From assembly GCA_029265125.1 (NCBI GenBank), contig JAJUJX010000015.1:748-64747 (forward strand): a stretch of DNA of 64,000 nt. The letters are read 5' to 3'. This DNA comes from Tolumonas sp. (GTDB taxonomy: Bacteria > Pseudomonadota > Gammaproteobacteria > Enterobacterales > Aeromonadaceae). The position numbers were made by a program, and so were the translations under genes. Shown here in pieces: positions 54,683-64,000 of the stretch. The notes under the pieces were generated by a model. That model had not been told where the DNA came from and did no database searches. It was given only the letters and a program-made list of their open reading frames with translations. Within the stretch, counting starts at the first letter, position 1, and each line of letters opens with the position of its first letter.

Positions 54683-55747
54683 ATGAATCTGAATTGCTGT
54701 TTTTTTCTGAGTAGATTTACTGGAATCAAGTCTCATCTCACAGGGTTAATCTTGACGACAGGCATTGCTGTTGCAGGGTCAATGCTAGCCGGGAGCCATT
54801 TAGCCCGGCTGTGGGGGTTGAGTGCACTGACTATTGCTATTGGTTTAGGAATTTTTTTGGGTAATACGGTTTATCCACGTATCACGACCGCCTGCGTTGC
54901 AGGGGTTACGTTTTCCAAACAGCAATTACTGCGAGCCGGTATCATTCTGTATGGATTGCGGGTCACTTTTCAGCAAATAGCCAGCGTAGGAGGGGCTGCA
55001 ATTTTAACTGATTTAATTGTTCTGAGTTCTACTTTCCTGTTGGCGTATTGGCTTGGTTCGAAGTTGCTTCGACTTGATCGTGATACCGCATTGCTGATTG
55101 GCGCTGGTAGCTCAATTTGCGGTGCAGCCGCTATCATGGCGACAGAACCTGTTATCCAAGCACCGGCGAGCAAGGTCAGTATTGCGGTGGCAACCGTCGT
55201 TGTATTCGGCACCACAAGCATGTTTTTATATCCGGTTATATACCATTTGGGATTTATGTATTTACCTGTATTTCAGAATCAGAACAGCTATGGCATTTAT
55301 GCTGGCTCGACTATCCATGAAGTGGCACAGGTCTTTGCTGCGGGACAGGCTATTGGCGTTCAGGCTGCTGATACCGCTGTCATCGTTAAGATGATTCGAG
55401 TCATGATGCTGGCTCCTTTCTTGTTACTGTTGTCTGGCTGGTTGAACCTGAGTAAGGATCAAGGTGTCACACAAAAACGAAAAATGACTATCCCATGGTT
55501 TGCAGTTTTTTTTATCCTCATGACGGCCGTTAACTCATTACAATTAATACCTGCTGCACTGACGCAAGAATTAATTACACTGGATAATTTATTACTGACG
55601 ATGGCCATGGCGGGATTAGGTCTCACTACACATATCAGTGCAATTCGGGCTGCAGGAATCAAACCACTGATCTTGGGCGGGGTACTTTTCCTCTACCTGA
55701 TATTAGGCGGAGGGCTGATTAATAGCCTGGTTGCTTATGTTTTTTGA
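54683..55747 (+). CDS. yeiH: YeiH/UPF0324 family inner-membrane protein (putative sulfate exporter family)
   Basis: It is colinear with E. coli YeiH (LLR.GIILYG.R.TF.QIA.VG ... LIGAGSSICGAAA..ATEPV..A..SKV..AVATVV.FGT...FLYP ... GIY.GST.HEVAQV.AAG ... KM.RVMMLAPFL.LL ... IPWFA..FI). The ATG at 54683 is preceded by AGGAG. Confidence 0.88.
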   Translation: MNLNCCFFLSRFTGIKSHLTGLILTTGIAVAGSMLAGSHLARLWGLSALTIAIGLGIFLGNTVYPRITTACVAGVTFSKQQLLRAGIILYGLRVTFQQIASVGGAAILTDLIVLSSTFLLAYWLGSKLLRLDRDTALLIGAGSSICGAAAIMATEPVIQAPASKVSIAVATVVVFGTTSMFLYPVIYHLGFMYLPVFQNQNSYGIYAGSTIHEVAQVFAAGQAIGVQAADTAVIVKMIRVMMLAPFLLLLSGWLNLSKDQGVTQKRKMTIPWFAVFFILMTAVNSLQLIPAALTQELITLDNLLLTMAMAGLGLTTHISAIRAAGIKPLILGGVLFLYLILGGGLINSLVAYVF

Positions 55748-55841
55748 TCAAAAACAAAGAGTAGCTGAATAGTTTGTTGAGGTCTGGGTGGGGCTGGTCT
55801 ATACGTTAAACATTGTTTCTGATCACTAATGGGTCTGCGCC

Positions 55842-56120
55842 ATGTTATTGTCTTCCACATGTGAAGAAAAACTACTCGACTGGTTGTCTATATCCTCATG
55901 GCATTCTGGTAGTCGTAATGATTCTCAACGACGAACCCGCTTCATTGTGCAGTACTACATTGATCATGGCGAACAGCTTAATCGTGGCGAACTACTTGAG
56001 AGAATGAGCAATATTGCAAGTCATGATGCTTCTTCCAGCTCTTCGCTGTCAGAGTTATTACAAAGTGAAATTGAAAACATGTCGAAAATGCTGACATTTT
56101 ATGCGCACAGCGGAAGGTAG
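55842..56120 (+). CDS. Hypothetical protein (92 aa); coding status uncertain
   Basis: It is the only sizeable ORF between yeiH and tRNA-Ser. It has no convincing RBS, no recognisable motif and a Ser-rich segment. Confidence 0.3.
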   Translation: MLLSSTCEEKLLDWLSISSWHSGSRNDSQRRTRFIVQYYIDHGEQLNRGELLERMSNIASHDASSSSSLSELLQSEIENMSKMLTFYAHSGR

Positions 56121-56222
56121 TTATTAATACTCCCATCCATGAATCTATTGCGGGATCTTAAGTATCGAAATATCAGGTGTTTGTCTGTAATTTCTTAAAT
56201 ACATAAGTGACGGACAAGCGCG

Positions 56223-56259
56223 AAAAACAAAAAGACCACTGATTTCTCAGTGGTCTTTT
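56223..56259 (-). terminator. Terminator of tRNA-Ser
   Basis: On the minus strand it reads AAAGACCACTGAgaaaTCAGTGGTCTTT followed by TTGTTTTT, 11 nt after the tRNA 3' end. Confidence 0.85.
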
Positions 56260-56269
56260 CGCTAGAAGA

Positions 56270-56357
56270 TGGCGGTGAGTGAGAGATTCGAACTCTCGAT
56301 ACGTTGCCGTATACACACTTTCCAGGCGTGCTCCTTCAGCCACTCGGACAACTCACC
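56270..56357 (-). tRNA. serW: tRNA-Ser (anticodon GGA), class II with a long variable arm and encoded CCA
   Basis: The reverse complement is GGTGAGTTGTCCGAGTGGCTGAAGGAGCACGCCTGGAAAGTGTGTATACGGCAACGTATCGAGAGTTCGAATCTCTCACTCACCGCCA. This is nearly identical to E. coli tRNA-Ser(GGA), with the anticodon loop CTGGAAA. Confidence 0.95.
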
Positions 56358-56408
56358 AAATTTTGGTCTTTCAGGTTGTGACTCACATTACCCTTTCGAC
56401 GGGGCGCT

Positions 56409-56437
56409 ACTCTAGGGGAAAGGGCTGATCTGGTCAA
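56409..56437 (-). promoter_or_regulatory. tRNA-Ser promoter with a GC-rich discriminator
   Basis: The minus strand reads TTGACC-17 nt-TAGAGT followed by AGCGCCCC, the architecture of a stringent-type stable-RNA promoter. Confidence 0.6.
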
Positions 56438-56526
56438 TCCCTTTTTGTAAAAAAATCCGCACTCTAGGTGGTTTCGTTAATCATCCGTATAATCAATGGT
56501 CAGATCGGCAAAAAGGTAAGCAATTA

Positions 56527-58077
56527 ATGCGGTTGCAGGTAACGTGTGAAGATCGGTTAGGTTTAACCAGAGAACTTTTGGCTCAGCTGGAAGATAATCA
56601 GATTGATCTGCGAGGAATTGAAATAGATGTTTCAGGTATCATCTATTTGCATTTGCCTGATGTCGATTTTGCCAGCCTGCAAACGTTGTTACCGGCTTTA
56701 CGTCGTATCGCTGGTGTTACAGATGTAAAAACCGTGGGTTTTATGCCGTCAGAACGCGAACACCACGAAATACAGGCATTGATGAAAGCCTTACCGGATC
56801 TGGTTTTCGCGCTTGATATCAAAGGCCGCCTGACACAAGCGAATGATGCTGTGCTTAATATTCTTCGTTTATCACTCAAGGATATTCAAGGGGTGCAGGC
56901 AGGCAGCTTCCTCAAGGGTTTTGCCTTTTTGCAGTGGCTGACATCAGAAAGTCCACAGCCTGAAACTTGTAAGCTGGTATTCGCGGGTGAAGAGTTTCTG
57001 GCTGATATCTTGCCTATCTTTATTCCTGATACGCAGGGCGTATCTCACCTCGCCGGAGCGGTCGTCGTGCTGAAGTCGGCTCGCCGGGTTGGGCATCATT
57101 TCAATTTACTGCATAGTTACGATGACAGCAGCTTCGAGCAGTTCTGCGCAGAAAGTCAGATTATGCAGCAGTTATTACATCAGGCTCGCCGTTTTGCTAT
57201 GCAAGATCAACCGCTGCTGATCATGGGGGAAACCGGCTCAGGCAAAGAGATGCTGGTGCGAGCTTGTCACCGGGCCAGCCTGCGAGCCAATGGCCCATTG
57301 CTGACACTGAACTGTGCTGCGTTACCTGATGATGTTGCTGAACATGAATTGTTTGGATCGGCACCTGGCGCGTTTGGCCCTGAATGGCCGGGGAAAAAAG
57401 GTTTGCTTGAGCAGGCCAGTGGCGGAGCTTTTTTGCTGGATGAAGTAGCAGAAATGTCGCCGTTGCTACAAAGTAAGCTCTTGCGTGTATTGCAGGATGG
57501 CCGTTTTCATCGGGTTGGGCAAGAGAGTGAAGTTATCGTTGATGTCCGGTTGTATTGCACAACCCGCAAATCGCTGGGGGAACAGGTACGCAAGGGGTTA
57601 TTCCGTGAGGATCTATTTTTCCGCCTGAATGTGTTGACGCTGGAAATGCCGACGTTACGTCAGCGCTTGGCCGACATTATGCCACTGGCTCAGCAATTCT
57701 GTAGCCGGATCAGCGAAGAGCTGCAACGACGTCGCCCGCGCTTTTCCCGTTCAATGACTGAATTTCTCAATAGCTATCCGTGGCCGGGGAATGTGCGTCA
57801 GCTGAAAAATGCCTTATATCAGGCGCTGACATTACTGGAAGGCGATGAACTGACACCGGATATGCTGCGTCTGCCTTTGATGGATGCTCATGAGGCAACC
57901 GCGGAGCAGTGGTTTGACGGCTCGCTACCAGAGGCGACGAAGCGTTTTGAGCGTTTGATGCTGGAGCGTTTATATCCGTTATATCCGTCCAGCCGCCAGT
58001 TAGCTCAGCGGCTAGGTATATCGCATACCGCTGTGGCTAATAAATTACGGGAATATGGCCTAAATAAAGCAGAATAG
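56527..58077 (+). CDS. tyrR: Aromatic amino acid transcriptional regulator TyrR (ACT-PAS-AAA+-HTH)
   Basis: It has the N-terminus MRL.V.CEDR.GLTRELL and an AAA+ core (GETG.GKE..A.ACH..S.R...P...LNCA..P ... ELFG ... GG...LDE..EMS...Q.KLLR.LQDG.F.RVG) with a C-terminal HTH. A perfect TATAAT lies at 56488-56493. Confidence 0.9.
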   Translation: MRLQVTCEDRLGLTRELLAQLEDNQIDLRGIEIDVSGIIYLHLPDVDFASLQTLLPALRRIAGVTDVKTVGFMPSEREHHEIQALMKALPDLVFALDIKGRLTQANDAVLNILRLSLKDIQGVQAGSFLKGFAFLQWLTSESPQPETCKLVFAGEEFLADILPIFIPDTQGVSHLAGAVVVLKSARRVGHHFNLLHSYDDSSFEQFCAESQIMQQLLHQARRFAMQDQPLLIMGETGSGKEMLVRACHRASLRANGPLLTLNCAALPDDVAEHELFGSAPGAFGPEWPGKKGLLEQASGGAFLLDEVAEMSPLLQSKLLRVLQDGRFHRVGQESEVIVDVRLYCTTRKSLGEQVRKGLFREDLFFRLNVLTLEMPTLRQRLADIMPLAQQFCSRISEELQRRRPRFSRSMTEFLNSYPWPGNVRQLKNALYQALTLLEGDELTPDMLRLPLMDAHEATAEQWFDGSLPEATKRFERLMLERLYPLYPSSRQLAQRLGISHTAVANKLREYGLNKAE

Positions 58078-58092
58078 AAAACCGCTTTTTTT

Positions 58093-58827
58093 TTATGACT
58101 CATTGATCGGGTAAGAAAGTAAATTGATATCCCGATCATCGATTTTCAGATACCAGACATGCGTATTCCAGTCACCTAGTACAATCCGGCGAACATGTTG
58201 GCCGTTGGTGAGAGGGACGTCATGGATTTGTGGGCGATGTGTATGACCGTGGATCATCAGTGTCGCCTGATGCTGTTCAAAGCAATCAACCACACTTTGC
58301 GGTGTTACGTCCATGATACTGCGGCTTTTTTGTTGCTTACCTTTGTGACTGCCTTGGCGGATCTGCTGGGCTATTTTCACGCGGCGGGAGAGCGGCAGGT
58401 GCAAAAATATCCACTGTAACCATGGCCAACTGGTAATGCGCCGAAAACGCTGATAAGCCTCGTCATCAGTACACAGCTGATCTCCGTGTAATAGCAGGGT
58501 CTTTTCTCCAGCCAATTCACAGTTATAGATGGGCGGTAGCAAGGTCATTCCACATTCGCGGGCAAAGCGTTTGCCAATCATGAAATCTCGGTTTCCGTGC
58601 GAGTAATACAGACGACAACCTCGATCAGATAGTGCTTTTAACGCTTGAGTGATTTGCTGCTGTAATGGCGATTGCTCATCATCCCCAATCCAGAACTCAA
58701 ATAAATCCCCGAGGATATAGAGTGCTTCGGCTGTTAGTGCGTGAGTATTTAAAAACTGGATAAACGCTTGGGTGAGATCCGGACGGGATTCACTGAGATG
58801 CAGATCAGCAATAAAAAGTGTGGTCAT
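58093..58827 (-). CDS. lpxH: UDP-2,3-diacylglucosamine diphosphatase
   Basis: MTTLFIADLHL ... YILGDLFE.WIGDD ... HGNRDF..GKRFA.E.GMTLLP ... HGD.LCTDD..YQ.FR ... IHGHTHRP is colinear with E. coli LpxH. Confidence 0.93.
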   Translation of the reverse strand: MTTLFIADLHLSESRPDLTQAFIQFLNTHALTAEALYILGDLFEFWIGDDEQSPLQQQITQALKALSDRGCRLYYSHGNRDFMIGKRFARECGMTLLPPIYNCELAGEKTLLLHGDQLCTDDEAYQRFRRITSWPWLQWIFLHLPLSRRVKIAQQIRQGSHKGKQQKSRSIMDVTPQSVVDCFEQHQATLMIHGHTHRPQIHDVPLTNGQHVRRIVLGDWNTHVWYLKIDDRDINLLSYPINES

Positions 58828-58887
58828 GAGAATTCAGTAAAAGAGCCATACCTCCGAAGCGGTATGGCTGAGCGATTATTCAGCGAT

Positions 58888-59385
58888 TTATTCTGAGACC
58901 GTGACGTTCTCGATAACCACGTCTTCTTTCGGTACATCCTGATGCATACCGTAACGACCGGTTTTCACGGCTTTGATTTTATTAACCACTTCCATACCAG
59001 CGGTTACCTGACCGAATACGCAGTAACCCCAGCCTTGCATGGATTCAGATTTGAAATCCAGGAAGGTATTGTCTGCTACGTTGATGAAGAACTGTGCAGA
59101 AGCAGAGTGAGGGTCCATTGTGCGAGCCATGGCAATGGTACCTACTTTGTTCGATACGCCGTTGTTGGCTTCGTTTTTGATCGAGTCACGGGTGTCTTTC
59201 TCTTCAAAGCCTGGTGCATAGCCACCGCCTTGGATCATGAAACCGTCAATCACACGGTGGAAGATAGTGCCATTGTAATGGCCATCGCGGCAGTATTGCA
59301 GAAAGTTAGCTGCAGTAACCGGTGCCTTGTCGTTAAACAATTCCAGAGTGATATCGCCAAAATTGGTGTGCAGAGTGATAGACAT
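58888..59385 (-). CDS. ppiB: Peptidyl-prolyl cis-trans isomerase B (cyclophilin)
   Basis: The 165-aa product is colinear with E. coli PpiB ([13 protein letters not shown] ... MAR...PHSA.AQFFINV.DN.FL.F......[36 protein letters not shown]). Confidence 0.95.
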   Translation of the reverse strand: MSITLHTNFGDITLELFNDKAPVTAANFLQYCRDGHYNGTIFHRVIDGFMIQGGGYAPGFEEKDTRDSIKNEANNGVSNKVGTIAMARTMDPHSASAQFFINVADNTFLDFKSESMQGWGYCVFGQVTAGMEVVNKIKAVKTGRYGMHQDVPKEDVVIENVTVSE

Positions 59386-59544
59386 GCTTTAGCCTCTTTA
59401 AAAGTTGTGTGCTGATTCTAGCTGATGAGACGTTGTCACAAAAGCCACAAGTAAAACATCTGTTAAAACCAGACCGAAAGGAAGAGTGCAATCTCGGTCT
59501 CACTTCTTTAAAATGTTGGAATTCATGATTAATACGGTGACATT

Positions 59545-60936
59545 ATGCTGAAGATTTACAACACCCTGACTCGCCAGAAAGAAGAATTTAAACCCATCCA
59601 TCCCGGCAAAGTGGGCATGTATGTCTGTGGTGTCACCATTTACGATCTGTGTCATATCGGTCATGGCCGTACTTTCGTTGCATTTGATGTGGTTGTGCGC
59701 TACCTGCGTTATCTTGGCTATGACGTTACATTCGTACGTAACATTACCGATGTGGACGACAAAATCATCAAACGTGCCGCTGAAAACGCAGAAAGTTGTG
59801 ATGCACTGACTGAGCGTCTGATTGGCGATATGCATGCTGATTTTGATGCGCTGAAACTACAACGCCCGGATATCGAGCCGCGTGCGACTCAGCATATCGG
59901 TGAAATCATTGCGCTGGTGCAAAGCCTGCTCGATCAAGGGCATGCCTATGTGGCTGACAGTGGTGATGTGCTGTTTTCCATCGATAGCTTCCCGGAGTAT
60001 GGTCGTTTGTCCGGGCAAAATATTGAACAGCTGCAGGCGGGGGCGCGGGTCGATGTAGAAGAAAGCAAACGTAATCCGATGGATTTCGTGCTGTGGAAAA
60101 TGTCAAAACCAGGTGAACCCATGTGGGATTCGCCGTGGGGCGTGGGGCGCCCTGGCTGGCATATCGAATGTTCGGCTATGAATTCCAAACATCTGGGCCA
60201 TCATTTTGATATCCATGGCGGTGGTTCCGATCTGCAATTCCCACATCATGAAAATGAAATTGCGCAGAGCTGTTGTGCACATCATACGCCGTATGTAAAT
60301 ACCTGGATGCACTCTGGTATGGTGATGGTTGATGAAGAGAAAATGTCTAAATCATTAGGCAACTTCTTCACTATTCGTGATGTGCTGAAAGTCTATGATG
60401 CTGAAACGGTGCGCTACTTCCTCATGTCAGGTCACTACCGCAGCCCGTTGAACTATTCTGATCTGAATCTGCAGCAGGCTCGCGCATCATTGGAACGCTT
60501 CTATACTGCTTTGCGTGGCGTAGATCTAGGTGATGAACAAGCTGCGCTAACTGCTCCGTTTGAAGAACGCTTCAAAGCAGCGATGAATGATGATTTCAAT
60601 ACCCCGGAAGCGTATTCCGTACTGTTTGATCTTGCTCGCGATCTGAACCGAGCCAAGCAGGATTCGGAAACGGATGCCGTAGCGCTGGCTGCTTGTCTGC
60701 GTCGTTTAGGTGGTGTACTGGGTATTCTGCAGCAACAGCCGGAGCAATTCCTGCAATCTGGTGCAGCAGTCGGTGCTGATGATGTGGCAGAAATTGAGCT
60801 GTTGATCAAAACCCGCAACGATGCGCGAGCCAGCAAAAACTGGGCATTAGCCGACGAAGCGCGGAATAAGCTTACAGAAATGGGAATTGTGCTGGAAGAT
60901 GGTGCACAGGGTACAACCTGGCGTCGTAAAGGCTAA
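59545..60936 (+). CDS. cysS: Cysteine--tRNA ligase
   Basis: It has [15 protein letters not shown], a HIGH-type motif (CHIGHGRT) and KMSKS ([10 protein letters not shown]). The product is 463 aa. Confidence 0.96.
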   Translation: MLKIYNTLTRQKEEFKPIHPGKVGMYVCGVTIYDLCHIGHGRTFVAFDVVVRYLRYLGYDVTFVRNITDVDDKIIKRAAENAESCDALTERLIGDMHADFDALKLQRPDIEPRATQHIGEIIALVQSLLDQGHAYVADSGDVLFSIDSFPEYGRLSGQNIEQLQAGARVDVEESKRNPMDFVLWKMSKPGEPMWDSPWGVGRPGWHIECSAMNSKHLGHHFDIHGGGSDLQFPHHENEIAQSCCAHHTPYVNTWMHSGMVMVDEEKMSKSLGNFFTIRDVLKVYDAETVRYFLMSGHYRSPLNYSDLNLQQARASLERFYTALRGVDLGDEQAALTAPFEERFKAAMNDDFNTPEAYSVLFDLARDLNRAKQDSETDAVALAACLRRLGGVLGILQQQPEQFLQSGAAVGADDVAEIELLIKTRNDARASKNWALADEARNKLTEMGIVLEDGAQGTTWRRKG

Positions 60937-60951
60937 TCAAGCTTTACACGG

Positions 60952-60985
60952 AAAAGCCTGTCAGACGATTCTGTCAGGCTTTTTT
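60952..60985 (+). terminator. cysS terminator
   Basis: AAAAGCCTGTCAGacgattCTGTCAGGCTTTTTT: the stem has one mismatch and is followed by a T-tract. Confidence 0.8.
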
Positions 60986-60996
60986 ATTGGCAAATT

Positions 60997-61743
60997 TTAC
61001 TGAAATTGCAGCATCGGATAACGTTTTTTCAGTTCGGCATATTTGGGTGTTTGACGCACAGCTGTTAGCGCTTGTTGATATTGGAGGATCACACTGTCGC
61101 TGGTGGAGCGGTTAAATGCATAGCAATCGGTCATACGCTGCAGCACCATGTCTTTTTTGTAATCGGCTTGAGCCACGCCTAGCCGATCCATTGCGTTATA
61201 AAGTACGGGCTCATAAGCTGCAATCATATCGACTTTTCCTGCTTTAAGAAGCTGCAAAGTCTGCTCTATGTTTCCTGCTTTAATTAGCTGAACTCTGCTC
61301 TGCATTTTAGCGATAACAATTTCTTCTGCTATGTCGGCTCTGACAACACCTATAGTCACTTTTTCCGGGTTTATCGCGGATGCCAGGTTAAATCGATCTG
61401 TTTTCCGGTGGACGAGTACCACGTTAGATTCACTGATTGGGCAAACCCATTTAAACATATTTTCCCGATCTGGCGTACGCGAAGTGGCAAACAGCACGGT
61501 GTTGGTTTTGGTTTGCGCTATATAATAAGCACGGGCCCAGGGGAAAAAGTGAATTTTTTTAGGCGATTCAGACATCTGTTGCCACATAAGGTGTAACAAT
61601 TCGACAGAAAAACCAGCAGGGCTCCGACGGCTATCTTCATAATTAACAGGAGCGTTCTGTTCACTGAGAAATACCAGTGGTTCTGGCGAAGCTTGTGCGA
61701 TGGGGGCCCATACAACAGCTGGCAGCAGCCATGATAATTTCAA
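60997..61743 (-). CDS. Orphan periplasmic family-3 solute-binding protein (no cognate permease or ATPase nearby)
   Basis: The 248-aa product has a signal peptide MKLSWLLPAVVWAPIAQA and SBP_bac_3-like features (FSVELL..., WVCPIS). It has a TTG start 8 nt after GGAGA. Confidence 0.7.
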   Translation of the reverse strand: MKLSWLLPAVVWAPIAQASPEPLVFLSEQNAPVNYEDSRRSPAGFSVELLHLMWQQMSESPKKIHFFPWARAYYIAQTKTNTVLFATSRTPDRENMFKWVCPISESNVVLVHRKTDRFNLASAINPEKVTIGVVRADIAEEIVIAKMQSRVQLIKAGNIEQTLQLLKAGKVDMIAAYEPVLYNAMDRLGVAQADYKKDMVLQRMTDCYAFNRSTSDSVILQYQQALTAVRQTPKYAELKKRYPMLQFQ

Positions 61744-61862
61744 TGTGTAATTCTCCGCCGAAAAGAAAAATTATGTAACAAAAATAAGATATAGATGATA
61801 GCGCGAGACTTGTCAATTAAGCATTAAATAACAACGAGTTAGCTTTTAAATGGTGTGTTCAT

Positions 61863-62525
61863 ATGAAGATTTTACTAATAGAAGATGATGCTTTATTACG
61901 CAACGGATTACAGAAGGCATTGGAACAGCAGCAATATTGTTGTGATACCGCGTGTAATTTGAGTGAGGCCCGCCTGCATTCACTGGATGAATATGATCTG
62001 GTTATTCTGGATCTTGGTTTGCCCGACGGCGATGGCTCGGGTTTATTAAAACAGTGGCGGCAACAGGGCTCAAGCATACCGGTTTTGATTCTTACTGCCC
62101 GAGATTCATTAGAAGAGCGGGTTAAAGGATTGGATCTCGGCGCTGACGATTATCTGGTCAAACCATTTGCACTGGCAGAGTTGCAAGCGAGGGTCAGAGC
62201 CTTGATGCGTCGCCGGTTTGATAAGGCAGAAAATATTTTGGAGTCTGGCGAACTGAAGCTGGATCTGAATCATCACCAGGTCTGGCATAAAGGGCAAGAG
62301 TTGACCCTGACCCGCATGGAATACACAATTTTACGTCGTTTAATGCTGCATGAAGGTAAAACGGTACAGCGCGAGCGGTTACAGCAGGATTTGTATGACT
62401 GGAATGATGATGTCGGTTCAAATACGCTGGAGGTGTACATTCATCATTTACGGCGGAAAGTCGGTCCTGAACTGATTAAGACTGTGAGAGGGGAAGGGTA
62501 TCGTCTTGAAAAAACAACCAACTAG
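61863..62525 (+). CDS. OmpR-family response regulator (QseB/BasR-like)
   Basis: It has a REC domain (LLIEDD, LVILDLGLPDGDG, LILTARD, YLVKPF) and a winged-helix output (TLTRMEYTILR..., LEVYIHHLRRK). Confidence 0.88.
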   Translation: MKILLIEDDALLRNGLQKALEQQQYCCDTACNLSEARLHSLDEYDLVILDLGLPDGDGSGLLKQWRQQGSSIPVLILTARDSLEERVKGLDLGADDYLVKPFALAELQARVRALMRRRFDKAENILESGELKLDLNHHQVWHKGQELTLTRMEYTILRRLMLHEGKTVQRERLQQDLYDWNDDVGSNTLEVYIHHLRRKVGPELIKTVRGEGYRLEKTTN

Positions 62526-63573
62526 TCTTTCCAGACATTTGCTCATAAGCATTGCAGTTATTCTGTTTATCACGCTATCGATCACCAGTTTCTGGCTATT
62601 ACATGAAACATTAGAACTGGTCAGGCACGCAATACACCGAGCGTTGCAACAGAATATTTCATTGACTGACTACGATCCGTTTCACTGGGAAATAGTAAGT
62701 GCATTATTAATTCCTGCGGTTATTGCATTTGTGGTGAGCTTATTAGCCAGCTGGTTTGCGATCAGGCATATTGTTTCACCTCTGCAAAAACTGACCGAAG
62801 AGTTAAAACACAGAAATGTGACAGAATGGATACCATTTGAGAGCGATAACCGAAGTCATGAGGTTCAGGCTATCACACAAGCACTTAATGACCTGCTTGA
62901 ACGTATGCAATTGGCATTTACCCGTGAGCGTCAGTTCACCTCCGATGTTTCTCACGAACTAAGAACACCGATTGCGGGGATCAGACTAAATCTGGAGTTA
63001 TTGTCAATGCAATTACCAGAGGAGACTGCCCCTTTGATTGCCCGGCTTGATGATATGCAGCGGACTATTGATCAACTGCTGACCATGGCACGTCTGGAGC
63101 AGAAAATAGTTACAGGATTTCACTCTGTAGTTAATCTTGTTCAGGATGTTATTCTTCCGTCAGAAAGCGAATTGCAGGAACTATTACAGGCTGGAAATCA
63201 GACGCTTAGATTATCGTTGCCTGATTCAGCTTATATCACTGGCGATGCCATCCTGCTAAAAATGCTGCTGCGTAACCTGATAGAAAACAGTAGCCGTTAT
63301 GCTGATCCAAATACATGCGTCAACATTATTCTGCAAGAGGACAGTGATGGTTTCCATCTGATCGTGCTCGATGCGGGAGCTGGTGTTGATGAAACTAAAA
63401 TGGATGCGCTGACTCAGGCTTTCCAGCGATTTGATCAGCGGGGAAAAGGTGTAGGGTTAGGGCTGAATATTGTTGCCAGGATTTGTAATTTACATCAGGC
63501 AAAATTAAATATTTCTAATAACCCGGAACCTAAAGGGATGCGAGTCGAAATTATTTATCCGGCGATAAAATAA
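62506..63573 (+). CDS. Sensor histidine kinase (QseC/BasS-like) with a very short periplasmic loop
   Basis: The 355-aa product has two TM helices about 30 aa apart, an H-box SHELRTPIAGI and a HATPase domain (NLIENSSRYA, DAGAGV, GVGLGLNIV). It has a TTG start overlapping the RR gene by 20 nt. Confidence 0.82.
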   Translation: MKKQPTSLSRHLLISIAVILFITLSITSFWLLHETLELVRHAIHRALQQNISLTDYDPFHWEIVSALLIPAVIAFVVSLLASWFAIRHIVSPLQKLTEELKHRNVTEWIPFESDNRSHEVQAITQALNDLLERMQLAFTRERQFTSDVSHELRTPIAGIRLNLELLSMQLPEETAPLIARLDDMQRTIDQLLTMARLEQKIVTGFHSVVNLVQDVILPSESELQELLQAGNQTLRLSLPDSAYITGDAILLKMLLRNLIENSSRYADPNTCVNIILQEDSDGFHLIVLDAGAGVDETKMDALTQAFQRFDQRGKGVGLGLNIVARICNLHQAKLNISNNPEPKGMRVEIIYPAIK

Positions 63574-63607
63574 AGAGAGGCTGAAATATCAGCCCCTCAT
63601 GTTTCGA

Positions 63608-64000
63608 TTAGCTATGGTATTGCTCACAGGCCTGCAATGTATTTTCCATCAGCGTTGCAACTGTCATTGGGCCAACTCCACCGGGAACGGGAGTGATGTA
63701 ACTGGCATGCTGTGCGGCTGTGGTGTATTCCACGTCACCAACCAATTTGCCATTCGATAAACGATTAATGCCGACATCCAGCACGATTGCTCCGGGTTTG
63801 ATCCATTCACCAGGGATAAATTCAGCTTTGCCGACTGCAACAACTAACAGATCAGCCTGACGAACAAACTGTTCAAGGCCTTTAGTAAACCGGTGACAGG
63901 TAGTGGTCGTGCAGCCAGCTAACAACAGTTCAAGAGTCATTGGGCGGCCAACAATATTCGAGGCGCCAACAATGACTGCATTGATACCTTTTAATTCCAC
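63608..64000 (-). CDS. folD: Bifunctional methylenetetrahydrofolate dehydrogenase/cyclohydrolase; C-terminal part only, as the N-terminus lies beyond the window
   Basis: [32 protein letters not shown] ... [24 protein letters not shown] is colinear with the C-terminal half of E. coli FolD. Confidence 0.93.
   Translation of the reverse strand: MELKGINAVIVGASNIVGRPMTLELLLAGCTTTTCHRFTKGLEQFVRQADLLVVAVGKAEFIPGEWIKPGAIVLDVGINRLSNGKLVGDVEYTTAAQHASYITPVPGGVGPMTVATLMENTLQACEQYHS

Noticed and set aside
56446-56463. A possible TyrR box (TGTAAA-N6-TTTACA) for tyrR autoregulation.
   Set aside because: Only the left half-site, TGTAAA, matches. The right half (CGCACT) matches 2/6 positions.
55748-56526. 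A genomic island or prophage integrated at tRNA-Ser.
   Set aside because: There is no integrase, no phage or IS genes, and no repeat of the tRNA 3' end within the window. The flanking genes (yeiH, tyrR) are housekeeping.
58942-59415. A 157-aa ORF antisense to ppiB; antisense ORFs also lie within cysS (59500-59835, 60501-60836).
   Set aside because: They lie opposite highly conserved housekeeping genes and have no RBS.

Overview
This is a 64-kb chromosomal segment of a gammaproteobacterium. Many products align closely with enterobacterial YtfK, PitA, YfcD, HrpA, MdlAB, MepA, MscL, YtfL, BtuR, RlmI, FhuCDB, YojI, H-NS, YeiH, TyrR, LpxH-PpiB-CysS and FolD. Other content (a giant T1SS adhesin, Aap-type amino-acid ABC transporter, MCP, Cache kinase) suggests an aquatic Aeromonadales/Vibrionales-like organism, but this is only an impression. 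I support about 60 CDS (the first and last are cut by the window edges), one tRNA-Ser(GGA) with its promoter and terminator, a set of hairpin terminators, three Fur boxes, one Pho-box-like site and one sigma-28-like promoter. I saw no rRNA, CRISPR array, transposase, integrase, phage genes or recognisable defence or toxin-antitoxin genes, so the window reads mostly as core genome. No single region is clearly a new system. The candidates I rank highest are: (1) an atypical pyruvate-kinase-fold gene translationally coupled to a WCGLC thioredoxin, followed by an orphan gene and facing a divergent CPYC glutaredoxin-like gene (25.4-28.7 kb); (2) a Fur-controlled block in which a yojI-type peptide exporter sits directly upstream of a TonB-dependent receptor and opposite fhuCDB (45.3-53.1 kb); (3) an SspB-like protein with a C-terminal ClpX-binding-type tail next to hns (54 kb); (4) a DUF2934/helical protein translationally coupled to an ABC1/UbiB-type atypical kinase (42.6-45.2 kb); (5) a three-gene orphan cluster containing a Sel1-repeat lipoprotein (30.3-32.1 kb). 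All functional calls rest on my own reading of the translated ORFs and motifs; no database search was run.
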